Shown piece by piece: positions 1 to 10,808 of a DNA stretch of 64,000 nucleotides. Made by a program: the position numbers and the translations under genes. Every line of letters begins with the position of its first letter. Position 1 is the stretch's first letter. The DNA is taken from the NCBI GenBank assembly GCA_965203555.1, contig CBDBCY010000004.1:1568001-1632000 (forward strand). Direction: 5' to 3'. Origin of the DNA: Acidimicrobiia bacterium (lineage in GTDB: Bacteria > Actinomycetota > Acidimicrobiia > Spongiisociales > ZC4RG35). The notes beneath the pieces are model-generated. The model was not told where the DNA came from. It searched no databases and saw only the letters and a program-made list of their open reading frames with translations.

Positions 1-523
1 TGATGATGACATCTCTGGGGTCGGGAATCTCGTTGTTGAAAATCGCCTGGCTGATGCGGGTCCTGACGAACTGTACCCCACCTCCTCCTGCGGCGCCGTT
101 GAACAGTTCCGCGCGTCCCTTGGCGCGAGCCAGCGTCCAGTAATCGCCGTCGTGGTGTTCCAGGATCCTCAGGTCGACCAAGCGATCCAGAGTCGAATCG
201 ATGATCGACTCCGCATGGGGAGCGAGCCGTTCGATCCAGTACTGAGCGTTCCGTTCGACCGACTCACCCGCGATTTCCTCCAGGATGGGGTCCAGGGCGG
301 GATTCCCCGTTTCTGTCGGGTCGAGAAGGAAAAGGGAGTCCATGTCCGTGTCGATGCGGGACCGCAGCGACAGTTCCGCCAGAACGGCGCCGACGACGGC
401 GCAGTTCAAATCCCAGCCGGGCACCTGGTGAAAGTAGCCGTTCTCCTCGTTGAGGAGCATCAGCACGAGTTCTTCCGGCAAACTCAGCGGATTGGCCGTC
501 ACCTCTGTTGCCGAAGTAACCAT
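1..523 (-). CDS. GPP34/GOLPH3 (Vps74)-family domain protein, N-terminal part; runs off the window edge
   Basis: Not in the ORF track because it has no stop in the window. Hand translation from ATG 523: MVTSATEVTANPLSLPEELVLMLLNEENGYFHQVPGWDLNCAVVGAVLAELSLRSRID... has the LPEEL.LL / GAVLAEL.L..RI pattern of GPP34. Purine-rich RBS upstream. Confidence 0.7.
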   Translation of the reverse strand, partial: MVTSATEVTANPLSLPEELVLMLLNEENGYFHQVPGWDLNCAVVGAVLAELSLRSRIDTDMDSLFLLDPTETGNPALDPILEEIAGESVERNAQYWIERLAPHAESIIDSTLDRLVDLRILEHHDGDYWTLARAKGRAELFNGAAGGGGVQFVRTRISQAIFNNEIPDPRDVII

Positions 524-599
524 GACTTACCTCTCTCAAACGGCCTCGAAACCCCGACCAACGGAGGTTGCTGCTGTGAAGGGAAGTATAGGGCGGGAC

Positions 600-869
600 C
601 CCGACCGGGGTACGGAAACAGCTTCAGAAACGCCACTATCAAACCGGCCATCGCCATCATCGCCCCACCCAACCAAACAGTCAGCCGGCAACTCCATCTC
701 CTTTCAAGGCCAGTTCCATATCCTTGAAAGCCGCGTACAGAGTCGTATCCGGATACGTCTTGGTCACCAGATCCTCGTGGCGGGCATCTATCACCCCGAT
801 CGTCGCCGCGGCCTGCGAATCGGTGAAACCCGCCTCCATCAGCCTTCGAGCCTCCTGGTAGGCGTCCAA
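600..869 (-). pseudogene. DUF1640/CCDC90-like coiled-coil membrane protein, frameshifted
   Basis: N-terminus MDAYQEARRLMEAGFTDSQAAA. The typical C-terminal TM helix LTVWLGGAMMAMAGLIVAFLKLFP lies in another frame after ~690. Confidence 0.55.
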
Positions 870-1028
870 CCTTCCCTCCGTTCTCCCGTCCTCTTACCGC
901 TCATGTCATATCACCCCCTGCGGTGGGAGGCCTCGTTCGGCGGCGGGATTGCCGCTCTCCCGCCGAACGCGCCCGATTCTGACACCGACATCCCCTCTCA
1001 CCGCGGCGAGTTGTCGCCGGTGATTCTC

Positions 1029-2417
1029 TCAGGCCTTCGCTTTCTTGAAACGCCAGCCGTGCATGAGGCTCCCGTAATGGTTGAACGACCGCCTCACCTC
1101 GAGATCGTCGAAGGGATAATCCGCGCCGATCTGGGTGGCGGCGGCCAGTCCGCTCACGAAACAGGTCTCCTGGCTGTTGACCAGCGTATGGGCCCCGCAG
1201 TGCCAGGTTCGTCTCCTGCCCTGGATGAAGCGGAACAGATAGACGAGCCACGCAACTTGACGCACATCATGCACGATGTGTTGGAACCACCACCTTCCGA
1301 TGATCTTCTGCCCATCGATCCGGCTGATCGGGTTGTAGGTCACCAGACAGGGCTTGTCGGACCGATTGGCCCATGGCTGCTGGTTGTGCATGATGTAGGT
1401 GATTTCATAGTTGTCCGGCCTGGCGCCGTACTGTTCGATATGGTTGCTCCGCGTCTTCAGGGGACTCGCTTCGTTGTCCGGAAGTACCGAGGAGTCCGAA
1501 TGCACGATCGTATGGTTATGGAGTTCGCTCTCGTACCGGATCGACGAGAGGATGTATCGCTCCAGCATCGTGGGCTGGTCGAGAATCATCAGCGTCTGGT
1601 TCGCATTGCATGCGAAAATCACGTCGTCGAACGTCTCCTTCACGCCGTCTTCGTCCTCGACCACAACGCCCGACGACCGCCGATACACTTTCCGGACCGC
1701 CCGGTTGAGGTATATCTTGTCCTCGAAATCGGCTGACAGGTTTTCATAAATGCGTCTCGTCCCCTGGTCCCACGTCTGCATGGGGGTGGCGGTCTCGATA
1801 TCGAAGAACTCGAGATACCTGGAAAAGAGCGCCGCGGGCATATCGAACACGTTCGTCGCCATCAGGAAGTTGACGAACATGGGCTTCAGTATTTTGTACC
1901 GGAAGTCCCCGGAGAATCCGCCCAGATTCAGAACCGTCCCCATGCTGATGTAGTTGAACGGGTTGAGGGCGTTCAGAAACTTCGACCGGGAACGGGTCAG
2001 GGCGCCAAACCTATGCAGACGTTTCAGGACTCGTTGAAACTTTGCAATCTCGGATTGAAGCTGCTCTCTGATCTCGGAGTCGAAATCGTGGGCGTAGACC
2101 TGGCCGCGGTACTTCACGCTGTAGCTGAACCTGGTGTCGATCAACTCAATGCCGAACCGTTTCATCAGCGAGACGATGTGCTGATACACCGATGGAATAC
2201 AGGCGGTGACCGAAATGTCAAAGGGAATCGAGCCGCCGTCATCCTGCGGCATGTCAACCGTGACCGCATTTCCGCCGATTCGATCCCCGGCCTCGAACAG
2301 CCGGAAGTCAAATCGACCCGGGTGGTGATGCAGTCCCCATGCGGCGCCCAGCCCTGAAATCCCCCCGCCGACAATGACTACACGCCGAGGCTTCATCCCG
2401 GGTTCGCCGGTTGCCAT
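1029..2417 (-). CDS. FAD-dependent oxidoreductase (amine oxidase / COG2907-like)
   Basis: VVIVGGGISGLGAA Rossmann motif, FEAGDRIGGN, C-terminal HCGA...QE..FVSG. Alternative start at 2396. Confidence 0.85.
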   Translation of the reverse strand: MATGEPGMKPRRVVIVGGGISGLGAAWGLHHHPGRFDFRLFEAGDRIGGNAVTVDMPQDDGGSIPFDISVTACIPSVYQHIVSLMKRFGIELIDTRFSYSVKYRGQVYAHDFDSEIREQLQSEIAKFQRVLKRLHRFGALTRSRSKFLNALNPFNYISMGTVLNLGGFSGDFRYKILKPMFVNFLMATNVFDMPAALFSRYLEFFDIETATPMQTWDQGTRRIYENLSADFEDKIYLNRAVRKVYRRSSGVVVEDEDGVKETFDDVIFACNANQTLMILDQPTMLERYILSSIRYESELHNHTIVHSDSSVLPDNEASPLKTRSNHIEQYGARPDNYEITYIMHNQQPWANRSDKPCLVTYNPISRIDGQKIIGRWWFQHIVHDVRQVAWLVYLFRFIQGRRRTWHCGAHTLVNSQETCFVSGLAAATQIGADYPFDDLEVRRSFNHYGSLMHGWRFKKAKA

Positions 2418-2562
2418 GAGTCCCTCATCCTACCGGTGTCGCTCCATCAGGGTCCGCACATGCCGGTTCAAGCCGGAAGGCGCCACAAACCGGAGGTGTT
2501 GTCGTTTCGGGTGACGACGGGTCCCGATTCTCCGCCCCTGGTGGCCTGTCCCCGTTTGGACG

Positions 2563-2817
2563 CTATTTCGGTCTGAGATGCTCCAATATCTCTTGGAATC
2601 CTCGATCGAGTTTTTGGTCCGTGGCTCTCTGATTAACATCCACTTTGACGTCGAGCAGGTGAACGTCGTGCTTCAGTTCGGCCACGTCCCCCTTCAGTTC
2701 GGCCATGTCCTCCCCGATGCGTCTCTCCAGGCTGTTGAGCGCCCCAGCGGTCATCGAGGCGAAATCCCTGGCGTCCATGTTCCCGACCATAGCGCAAATC
2801 GGAAGCTTCCGGGACAA
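2563..2817 (-). CDS. small coiled-coil hypothetical protein
   Basis: Heptad repeat DMAELKG/DVAELKH encoded by a 21-bp tandem duplication at ~2671-2712. True start probably later (MDARDF). Confidence 0.5.
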   Translation of the reverse strand: MSRKLPICAMVGNMDARDFASMTAGALNSLERRIGEDMAELKGDVAELKHDVHLLDVKVDVNQRATDQKLDRGFQEILEHLRPK

Positions 2818-2926
2818 GCAGCCGATGGCGATCCTCGCACACCGACGGCTTGCCCACCAGGTGGGGAGACAAGTCGGCGACGGTGAGACGGCGCACCCCA
2901 GGGAGAGGACTTGCGCCCGGTCGTGG

Positions 2927-3035
2927 TTATTGGTTGCGGGCTCGGTTGAGGAAGGTGGCCATCTGGGCGCGGGTGGTGGGCTGGTCGGGACAGACCCTCA
3001 AGATAATGCCGGCTGTTCCCACCGGGACTGCCTCA
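2927..3035 (-). pseudogene. S-layer homology (SLH) domain fragment
   Basis: CPDQPTTRAQMATFLNRA* is the canonical end of an SLH repeat; no intact upstream ORF. Confidence 0.5.
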
Positions 3036-3318
3036 CTCCGGCAGGCCCCCGGCCATGATTGGCCTGCAGAGAAGACTCCAGATCCCAACTCGGCAGTTCG
3101 GTCATCCCCTCCAAACGCTCCGGTCGTCGCACTCGGTGTTCCCTCAATGGCCACATCGAGGGAGACATGCGGTTTGTGGGAGTGGGAATGATCCAAAATG
3201 GCATTCCCCGAACCGGGTTTCCGCAACATGGGTAAGAGCAACCTTGTATTCCCCAACCGGGGATCGGCCTACAATTGTGCCTACAGAGGTGTTTCGGTAT
3301 GAAGGGGAGAGAAGTCCG

Positions 3319-3684
3319 ATGAGCACGACGGCCGACACATCGGCGAGTGACTCCCCAAGGGGAAGGTACCATGGGTGCCTTTCCTCTCCGTCGATCCGTA
3401 GGAACGACGTGTTGGTGACTCACCGCGCCGCGATCGTCAAAGCGGCGAAGCGCAGGAACTTTCGCGGTGTCGCCTTGGTGGGTTCCGTTGCCCGGGGGGA
3501 GAACGCGTCCGACAGTGATGTGGACTTTCTGGTCGAGTGCGACCCGGAAAGGTCGACCCTCTTCGATTTGAGCGGATTGGTGTCCGACCTCCGGCAGCTG
3601 TTGGGCGTGGATGTGGATGTCGTGCCGAAGGGCTATGTGCGGCCCTCGTGTCGGGGTATGTTCGAGAATGCCATACCCTTATGA
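3319..3684 (+). CDS. minimal nucleotidyltransferase (MNT) antitoxin
   Basis: LVGSVARGE...SDVDFLVE (GSx10DxD) and VDVDVV motifs; ATGA overlap with the downstream HEPN gene. Confidence 0.8.
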   Translation: MSTTADTSASDSPRGRYHGCLSSPSIRRNDVLVTHRAAIVKAAKRRNFRGVALVGSVARGENASDSDVDFLVECDPERSTLFDLSGLVSDLRQLLGVDVDVVPKGYVRPSCRGMFENAIPL

Positions 3685-4003
3685 CCAGGGGAGACCGGGA
3701 TAGGGTCGAGGACATTCTTCGGGGCATCGACCGGCTACGCTAGATTAGAAATCTGGGTCGCTCGGCGTTCAATGGGAACCGGATGGTCAGAAGCGCCGCG
3801 TGCTACGGGCTGCTGGTGATAGGTGAATGGCTCAACGCCTTGTCCGACGAGTTCGTGACGGCATATTCCGATTTGCGGTTAGCGATGCCGTAGACCTCCG
3901 CAACGTGCCGGCGCATGAATACTTTCGAGCGGATGACGATATCCTGTGGAACACCATCTCCATCGACATACCGGGCCTCGCGGAGATGCTGGCCGGAGCC
4001 TAG
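3681..4003 (+). pseudogene. HEPN/DUF86 (HepT-like) toxin, disrupted
   Basis: MTRGDRDRVEDIL... with an in-frame TAG at 3741, then LLVIGE, a frameshift near 3890, then RNVPAHEY (Rx4H) and DILW. Confidence 0.8.
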
Positions 4004-4044
4004 GTGTACTTCCAAAAGACGTGGCTGACAGATGCGCTTCGTTA

Positions 4045-5043
4045 TCAATCGAGAAGACCGTCCACCAGGTGACAGGAAACCAGTCGACGGCCGCCTTTGT
4101 CCTCCAACGGTGGGTGAGGAGTCGTCCGGCAGATGTCGGCCGCCTGGGGGCAGCGATCGACGAACCTGCATTCGGGCGCCGGGTTGACAGCTTTGCCGAT
4201 GCCTCCCTTGATTTCGACCTGTGGCGGAGGCAGTGCCGGGTCGGGAACCGGTACTGCAGAGAGAAGCGCCTGGGTATAGGGGTGCAGCGGGTTGGCGAGC
4301 AGTTGTTCGGTCTCTCCTATCTCCACCACCTTCCCCAGGTACATGACCGCGATCCGGTCGCACATGTAGCGGGCCACCGCCAAGTCATGGGTGATATACA
4401 GGTATGAGACACCCATTTGCCGAGCCAACCTGGACATCAACTCCATGATGGAGATGCGGATGCTGACATCCAGCATGGAAGTGGGTTCGTCGGCGACCAC
4501 CAGACGGGGCTGCAGGATGAGGGCGCGGGCGATGGCGACCCGCTGGCGCTGCCCGCCGGACAGTTCGTGGGGGTAGCGAAACATGAATGACTCCGGAGGG
4601 CTCAGTCCGACCTTGCCCAGCATCTCCCTGATCTGTTCTTCACGGGTGCTCAGATCGCCGATCCCGTGAATGAGAAGCGGCTCGGCGATCGTCTCGTACA
4701 CGGTCCGCCTCGGGTTGATCGACTCGTAGGGGTCCTGGAAGATCATCTGCACCTGGCGGCGAAATTCCGTCCTCTGATCGGCCCTCAGATTGACGACATC
4801 CATCCGGGTCCCGTCGGCCTGGCTGAGAACGATGCTTCCCTCATCGGGATTCTCCAGGCCGACCAACATGCGGCCGGTGGTGGTCTTTCCGCACCCGGAT
4901 TCCCCCACCAGCCCGAGACTCTCCCCTGCCGCGATCTCGAAATCGAGATCGTCCACCGCGTGCACGAATCCCGTGTTGCGACGAAACAATCCCGGCGAGA
5001 CGGGGAACAATCTGCGGAGCCCTTCCACCCTCACCAGGCTCAT
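4045..5043 (-). CDS. oligopeptide/dipeptide ABC transporter ATP-binding protein (OppF/DppF-like)
   Basis: [28 protein letters not shown], oligo_HPY C-terminus; ATGA overlap with the upstream gene. Confidence 0.93.
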   Translation of the reverse strand: MSLVRVEGLRRLFPVSPGLFRRNTGFVHAVDDLDFEIAAGESLGLVGESGCGKTTTGRMLVGLENPDEGSIVLSQADGTRMDVVNLRADQRTEFRRQVQMIFQDPYESINPRRTVYETIAEPLLIHGIGDLSTREEQIREMLGKVGLSPPESFMFRYPHELSGGQRQRVAIARALILQPRLVVADEPTSMLDVSIRISIMELMSRLARQMGVSYLYITHDLAVARYMCDRIAVMYLGKVVEIGETEQLLANPLHPYTQALLSAVPVPDPALPPPQVEIKGGIGKAVNPAPECRFVDRCPQAADICRTTPHPPLEDKGGRRLVSCHLVDGLLD

Positions 5044-6071
5044 GGGAGTTGCTCTCCCATCTCGGGAACCTGCTCGGAGTTCCAGCACGCCGCCCATTGA
5101 GAAGGTCCGATCGGCATCATCGGCGGCGTCTCCTGGCGACACTGTTGCGTCGCCCACGGACACCGGGGATGGAATCGGCAGCCTGCCGGAGGCGCCAGCA
5201 GGTTGGGCGGCGTCCCTTCCAGCGACATGGGCCTGCGGCGGGGACCGGTCACCGACGGAATGGAGGACAGGAGCAGATACGAGTACGGATGGCGGGGCCG
5301 GTGGAAGACTTCCCGGGTGGACCCGAATTCCACCAACTTCCCGGCATACATGACTCCGATGGTGTCCGTCACCTGGGCGATCACCGCCATGTCGTGGCTG
5401 ATGTAGAGAATCGAGAGCCCCAGGTCCTGCTGGATCTCTTTCAACTCCTCGAGGATCTGGGCCTGAACGATCACGTCCAAGGCGGTGGTGGGCTCATCGG
5501 CGATGATCAATTTGGGCTCGCACGACAGGGCCATGGCGATCACCGCCCGCTGGCGCATCCCCCCCGAGAGCTCGTGGGGATAACGGTTCTGCACCGCCGA
5601 ATCAAGCCCCACCAGCCGGAACAATTGGTCAATCCGCCGGTCTGTCTCCGAGGAACCGAGCGGAGGATCGAAGTGCTGATCCATCGCCTCGCGAATCTGC
5701 GCTCCCACCCGGTACACGGGATTCCAGGCGTTCATCGCCCCCTGGAAGACCATCGAGATCTCCGCCCACCGGTACTCCCGCATCTGCTTGTCAGAAAGCT
5801 TCAACAGATCCACACCCTCCCAACGAACCGACCCCGATTTGAACCGGGCGTTGTCGGGCGCCAGGCGCAGCAGGGAGAGCGCCACGGAAGTCTTCCCGCA
5901 ACCCGACTCCCCCACCAGTCCCATCGCCTCTCCGCGGCCCAACGAAAAACTCACATTCTCCACGGCCGAAACCTCGCCGGCTTCGGTGTCATAACGCATC
6001 ACCAGGCCGTCGACCTCCAGCAGGCTGGGGCGGACACCGGAGTCTTCCAAGGGGACCTTCTGGGTGGTCAT
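5040..6071 (-). CDS. oligopeptide ABC transporter ATP-binding protein (OppD/DppD-like)
   Basis: [37 protein letters not shown]. Confidence 0.93.
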   Translation of the reverse strand: MTTQKVPLEDSGVRPSLLEVDGLVMRYDTEAGEVSAVENVSFSLGRGEAMGLVGESGCGKTSVALSLLRLAPDNARFKSGSVRWEGVDLLKLSDKQMREYRWAEISMVFQGAMNAWNPVYRVGAQIREAMDQHFDPPLGSSETDRRIDQLFRLVGLDSAVQNRYPHELSGGMRQRAVIAMALSCEPKLIIADEPTTALDVIVQAQILEELKEIQQDLGLSILYISHDMAVIAQVTDTIGVMYAGKLVEFGSTREVFHRPRHPYSYLLLSSIPSVTGPRRRPMSLEGTPPNLLAPPAGCRFHPRCPWATQQCRQETPPMMPIGPSQWAACWNSEQVPEMGEQLP

Positions 6072-7189
6072 CGTCTACGCAACCTCGGATTGACGATCTC
6101 GTCCATCCCCCTTCCCACCAGAAAGAAAGCCGCGGACAGAAGAGTCACCGCCAAACCCGGCGGGATCGTGAGCCACCAGAAATCGGTCACCTGCAGCAGG
6201 TAACCCTGGGTCCTGGCCAGATTCATCATCAGGCCCCAAGAGGTGTCGGTGTTGAGAATCCCCAAGAAGGACAGGATCGCTTCGGATTGAATGGCGCCGG
6301 TGACGGTGAACATCATGTAGAGGACGCTGAGCGGCATCACGTTGGGAATCAGGTGATAGAAGATGATGTGACTTGCAGATCCCCCCGCCACCCGGGCAGC
6401 GTCGATGAACGGTTTGATCTTCACGGCCAGCGCCTGGGATTTGAGCACGATGGCCGTGCCGCCGAAGCCCGACAGTATGCCGATCACCACCGCCAGATGC
6501 CACAGTTGGAAGGTGAACAGCCCTCCGATCACGATCAGCAGGGCCACGCCGGGAATCATGATCAGCAGGTCGGCGAACCGCATCAGGGAAGCGTCCACGA
6601 TCCCCCCGAAATAGGCGGCCACCGATCCGATGGTGGTGCCGATCACCACCGTCACCACCGCCGCCAGGATTCCCAGGAAGAACGAGGCGCGCGCGCCGTG
6701 CATCAACTGGGACATTATGTCCCGTCCCAGGGGATCGGTCCCCAGCCAGTGCCGACCGTCGGGGGGGGCAGGCTGCAGGGGAAGGTCGAAGGTGTCGCCT
6801 ATTTGGAGAGTGTCGGGAATTCGCCCGTCCAATAACGCCGCGCGGCGATCTATCTCGGTGTTGGGATCGGATATACGCTCCACCATGGTCATCGTGCGGG
6901 TAGGGGGATCGAGTTCCAGGCCGGTGACCGGGTCATACACCGCCGGATTCCAGAACCCGGTGGCGAAGAACACGGTGGGCAGGGTCGCCATGATCGCCCA
7001 GAAGGCGATGATCACCAATCCAAAGACGCCCACCTTGTTGCGGCGAAAGATCCTCCAGTTCTCCCGGAAGGACCGTCGCATCAGGGCCAGGCGGATCTTC
7101 CACCAGGAATCCACATCCTGAACGATGGCTTCCGAGATGAAGGGATCCTCTGTGCGAGTCTCCTCCGGGGCGTTCATCATCTCAGCCAT
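6068..7189 (-). CDS. oligopeptide ABC transporter permease (OppC-like)
   Basis: HWLGTDPLGRD, EAA-like loop FIDAARVAGG, multiple TM helices. Confidence 0.92.
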   Translation of the reverse strand: MAEMMNAPEETRTEDPFISEAIVQDVDSWWKIRLALMRRSFRENWRIFRRNKVGVFGLVIIAFWAIMATLPTVFFATGFWNPAVYDPVTGLELDPPTRTMTMVERISDPNTEIDRRAALLDGRIPDTLQIGDTFDLPLQPAPPDGRHWLGTDPLGRDIMSQLMHGARASFFLGILAAVVTVVIGTTIGSVAAYFGGIVDASLMRFADLLIMIPGVALLIVIGGLFTFQLWHLAVVIGILSGFGGTAIVLKSQALAVKIKPFIDAARVAGGSASHIIFYHLIPNVMPLSVLYMMFTVTGAIQSEAILSFLGILNTDTSWGLMMNLARTQGYLLQVTDFWWLTIPPGLAVTLLSAAFFLVGRGMDEIVNPRLRRR

Positions 7190-8360
7190 GCTCGGTCACC
7201 CGAATGCGAGGATCGAGCACCCCATAGAGCACGTCCACCACGAAATGCCCGATCAACGCCATTATCCCGATGAAGGAAAAAGCCCCCACCGCCAGGGGTA
7301 TGTCCTCACTCAGAACCGAGGAGATCAGAATCTCGCCCATGCCCGGCCAGGAGAAAACCGCTTCGGTGATGACTCCCCCGTCGATCACAGTCGCCACCGC
7401 CAGGACCAGGGAGGTCGCCACCGGTAAAAGCGCAGTCCGCGCCGCGTGGCGATCCCGGACAACTCCCTCCGGCAGGCCCTTGGCCCGGGCCGTGAGAATG
7501 TAGTCCTCCCGCAACGTCTCCAGCATGGAACTTCGGGTCAAAAGCATCACCCCTGCGAAGTTGATCAGGGTGAGAGTCAATACCGGAAGGATCATGTGAA
7601 AGCCGATGTCGCCGGCGTACACTCGCATATCCTGGCCAGATTCGGTGCCGAACCAGTAGAAGAGTATCCAGACCGCTCCCAGGGCAATCCCTCCCCACCG
7701 TAGGGCCCGTTCCAGCCGACGATTGTTGGTCCGATGCGATGCGAAACTTGCCGCGAATATCGCGATTGCGCCGATAAGAGTCACCCAGAAGAGACGCATG
7801 AACACCTGATTCGCTCCGAACGGGGCATCCCGCCACTGCTCGGGATCCAGGAACTTGGAGAGCGGCAGCAGACCCAACTGGACACTGAAGAACCAGATCA
7901 GCATCAGGGCGAAGAACGGCAGGAACATCGAATAGAGCCCTACCCCGGAAACCGTCACCAACATCTCGCCTCGATTCCCTCGGCGCCAGGCCAGATATTT
8001 GCCGGCCAGGAATCCGGCCCAGTAGTAGGTGACCAGCGCGGCCAGGAACAGGACCAGGGTGCGCGGGAGCCGCTCGCCGATGATCTCGACGACGGGCCGC
8101 GGGTATTGATTGAAGGAGACTCCCAGATCTCCTTGGAAGAAGTTGAACATGTAGTCGCGGAACTGGATGAGCACCGGTTTGTCCAGACCCAGTCGCTCCA
8201 GCGCCACTTCCCGGGCCTCGGGCGGGATGTTGGGGTTGCCGGCATACTTCAGCGCCACCGCATCGCCGGGAAGGATGTAGAGGAGGAACCATGTCACCGT
8301 CAGGAACACCAGAAACAGCAGCACCATCTGGATCAAACGGCGTGTCACATATCGGATCAC
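7182..8360 (-). CDS. oligopeptide ABC transporter permease (OppB-like)
   Basis: GLDKP...GDLGVS, EDYILTARAKGL, EAVFSWPGMG. Confidence 0.92.
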   Translation of the reverse strand: MIRYVTRRLIQMVLLFLVFLTVTWFLLYILPGDAVALKYAGNPNIPPEAREVALERLGLDKPVLIQFRDYMFNFFQGDLGVSFNQYPRPVVEIIGERLPRTLVLFLAALVTYYWAGFLAGKYLAWRRGNRGEMLVTVSGVGLYSMFLPFFALMLIWFFSVQLGLLPLSKFLDPEQWRDAPFGANQVFMRLFWVTLIGAIAIFAASFASHRTNNRRLERALRWGGIALGAVWILFYWFGTESGQDMRVYAGDIGFHMILPVLTLTLINFAGVMLLTRSSMLETLREDYILTARAKGLPEGVVRDRHAARTALLPVATSLVLAVATVIDGGVITEAVFSWPGMGEILISSVLSEDIPLAVGAFSFIGIMALIGHFVVDVLYGVLDPRIRVTEHG

Positions 8361-8401
8361 GTTCCTATACCGTCAACTTCTCAGTCCCTCTTGCCAGAAC
8401 C

Positions 8402-8436
8402 GTGGGGAGCCGTCGCCGCAAGTGACGGCTCCCCAC
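8402..8436 (-). terminator. stem-loop between the substrate-binding gene and the permease (terminator or mRNA stabiliser)
   Basis: 13-bp perfect inverted repeat GTGGGGAGCCGTC / GACGGCTCCCCAC ~20 nt after the stop codon. Confidence 0.6.
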
Positions 8437-8455
8437 AGTCGCGTTCGGTAGATGA

Positions 8456-10534
8456 TCAGCCGATCGTGACCACTCCCGTCAACGCTCCCACGGCTTGCAA
8501 ACCGTCGAGGATGCTCGTGTACGGGAAGTTGAGTTGGTTCGAGTATGCCTCGATCAACGGTGTGTTGAACAGCGTCACGTAAGGCAGATCCTCGGCAATC
8601 ATGGCATCGGCCTGGTGGATCAGATCACGCGCCTCTGCCAGGGTCTTGGCCCGATCGAACTGATCGGCCAACTCGTCGAAGGCGGGATTGGAGTATCCCG
8701 GCGTGTTGAATCCACCCAGGGCGGAGTCGTTCGCGGAGCGGAAGAAGTCGAAAACGTGATCCGGGAACGGAGTGAGTCCCCACCCCAGGATGTAGATGTC
8801 CCAGAGCAGCGGATCGCCCACGAAGACCTTGTCCACGATCACCGAGAACCCGGTGGGTTCGGCATTGAGCGGTATGCCCAGATCGGTGGCCCACTCCTCG
8901 ATGAAGAGCGAGTAGGTGGCCCTCATGGGGTCGTAACCGGGTCCGGGAGCGAGCAGGGTCAGGGGATCGATGGTCTCTCCGCCGGGACCCAGCAGGCCTT
9001 CACCCTTGGGGATCACGTCACGGTTGCCCTCGTCCCAGGCCGGCTCCACCTCCCAGGTCCAGCCGCCGTCCTTGAGGATCTGCACCGCCGATGCGACCCT
9101 CTCCTGTGAACTCTGGCCAGCGCACGGCGCGGTGATATCGGGGTTGTACCAATAGGCGTTGCCGGGTGGGACCAGCGAGTTGATCGAGTAGGCCGTGCCT
9201 CCCAGCACCGTGTTGGCCACGAAGTCCTTGTCGATCATGCAGGCCAGCGCCCGCCGGAAGGAGGCGTCGTTCATCGGGAACTTGCGAGTGTTGTAAGCGA
9301 GATACCTCATACCGTTCTGATCGTTGACCGCCACTTCGAGACTGGGCGCCGCCAGGATCTCGTTGCGCAGACCGGCCTGCAGACCGAGCGGGTTCAGCAG
9401 GAAGTCCACCTCGCCCTCGGTGAGCGCCAGCACCGCGGCGTTCTGATCGGTGTAGATCGAATAGAGACTCTCGGCGATGAACGGACCTTCGGTGTAGTCG
9501 GCAAGGACGTCACCGCCGGGTTCTCCACCCCAGGTTTCGGTGGCGCCGTCCTTGGTGTACTCCACAGCTCCCGAGCTGTAGACCGTGTACTGGCTACCGG
9601 AGTCCCAATAGGAATCGATTGCCACGTTGCGCCAGAATGCGCCCGGTTCCCACTCCGAGGAGTTGAAGGCGGAAGCGTTGGGAGCACCCAGTCCAGAGGC
9701 GGCGTAGAGCGTCTCGAAATCGTCGGACTCGTCGACGATCGGTCCCCAGAAAGCCTCCTGGAAGATGGAAGCCAGACCCACCGACAGCGGCCAGATGGCC
9801 AGCCCCGGCTCAAAGTTGAAGGTGATCTTGACTGTATGGTCGTCAAGGGCCTCCACCGACGAGACGCCCTGGGAGGATTCGTCGTCCTCGGTGTCGGGAT
9901 CGTCGTCACGGGCCAAAGGCCAGATGCTGGGGAAGTTGCCGCCCAGACCGTTGTACTTCTTGATGGTGTTGAAGGTGAACACCGCGTCGTTGGCCGTGAT
10001 GGGGGACCCGTCCGACCAGGTGATACCTGACAGCAGATTCACAGTGACGGAGAAACCGTCTCCGTCAGCCTCGACCTGGGGGGGGCTCGGGTCTGCCGCC
10101 AACACCGGCACCACCGTGTAGGTCGGACCCTGGTAGGTGTAGAGGGAAATCTGACCGGGAATCACATAGGTGTTCCAGATCTCTGCCTCGGTGTCGAGCG
10201 CCGCCCACGGGTTGTCGGTAGTGGGCGCCGAGAAGATACCCAGCCGGTAGGTGGCGCCCATCGGCATCTCCTCAGGTTCATCCATCTCCTCAGGCTCATC
10301 CATCTCCTCAGGCTCATCCATCTCCTCAGGCTCATCCATCTCCTCAGGCTCTTCCATCTCCTCGGGCTCTTCCATCTCCTCTGGAGCAGAGGTGGTTTCC
10401 GGAGCGGGCGCCTCGGTGGTCGCGGGGGCGTCCGTGGAAATGGTCTCGGTATCTTCGGCGCCGTCCCCACAGGCCGCCGCCACCAAAGCCAGTGCTGCCA
10501 TCAGACAAAGCAAACGTAAAGTTGTGGTTCTCAT
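8456..10534 (-). CDS. ABC transporter substrate-binding lipoprotein, family 5 (OppA/DppA-like)
   Basis: Lipobox VAAAC, WSDGSPITANDAVFT motif, first gene of the opp operon. Confidence 0.92.
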   Translation of the reverse strand: MRTTTLRLLCLMAALALVAAACGDGAEDTETISTDAPATTEAPAPETTSAPEEMEEPEEMEEPEEMDEPEEMDEPEEMDEPEEMDEPEEMPMGATYRLGIFSAPTTDNPWAALDTEAEIWNTYVIPGQISLYTYQGPTYTVVPVLAADPSPPQVEADGDGFSVTVNLLSGITWSDGSPITANDAVFTFNTIKKYNGLGGNFPSIWPLARDDDPDTEDDESSQGVSSVEALDDHTVKITFNFEPGLAIWPLSVGLASIFQEAFWGPIVDESDDFETLYAASGLGAPNASAFNSSEWEPGAFWRNVAIDSYWDSGSQYTVYSSGAVEYTKDGATETWGGEPGGDVLADYTEGPFIAESLYSIYTDQNAAVLALTEGEVDFLLNPLGLQAGLRNEILAAPSLEVAVNDQNGMRYLAYNTRKFPMNDASFRRALACMIDKDFVANTVLGGTAYSINSLVPPGNAYWYNPDITAPCAGQSSQERVASAVQILKDGGWTWEVEPAWDEGNRDVIPKGEGLLGPGGETIDPLTLLAPGPGYDPMRATYSLFIEEWATDLGIPLNAEPTGFSVIVDKVFVGDPLLWDIYILGWGLTPFPDHVFDFFRSANDSALGGFNTPGYSNPAFDELADQFDRAKTLAEARDLIHQADAMIAEDLPYVTLFNTPLIEAYSNQLNFPYTSILDGLQAVGALTGVVTIG
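10266..10381 (-). repeat. 18-bp tandem repeat encoding (EPEEMD/E)n acidic linker
   Basis: About 6-7 copies of CATCTCCTCAGGCTCATC on the + strand. Confidence 0.9.
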
Positions 10535-10808
10535 GTTGGCGTCTCCTTTCTCAATCTGTTCGGATATTTCTTCTGTCAGTTCGGATCGTCCTATTTTGCT
10601 AAAGCAAAAGATAGCCGATTACCAGGCTAAATGTTCCCCGTAGGGGCAGTGGATATATCAATTGCCCATTTCTTCCAACGAATATACGCGGCCAAGGCCA
10701 ACCCTACGCGACCAACTCACTTTCCCCAAACACCTAAACGCAAGATCCTCCTGGTGATCGCTCCCGGCGGACCACTGTCGAAAAGAGGGGCTAACGCCAG
10801 ACGCGAGC

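Noticed and set aside
450-1736. Long antisense or alternative-frame ORFs (e.g. 450-1736, 14062-15363, 32679-34028, 37052-38404)
   Set aside because: Shadow ORFs of real genes in high-GC DNA; no family motifs.
10266-10381. Phase-variable switch in the OppA repeat
   Set aside because: 18-bp unit is in frame; it changes linker length only.
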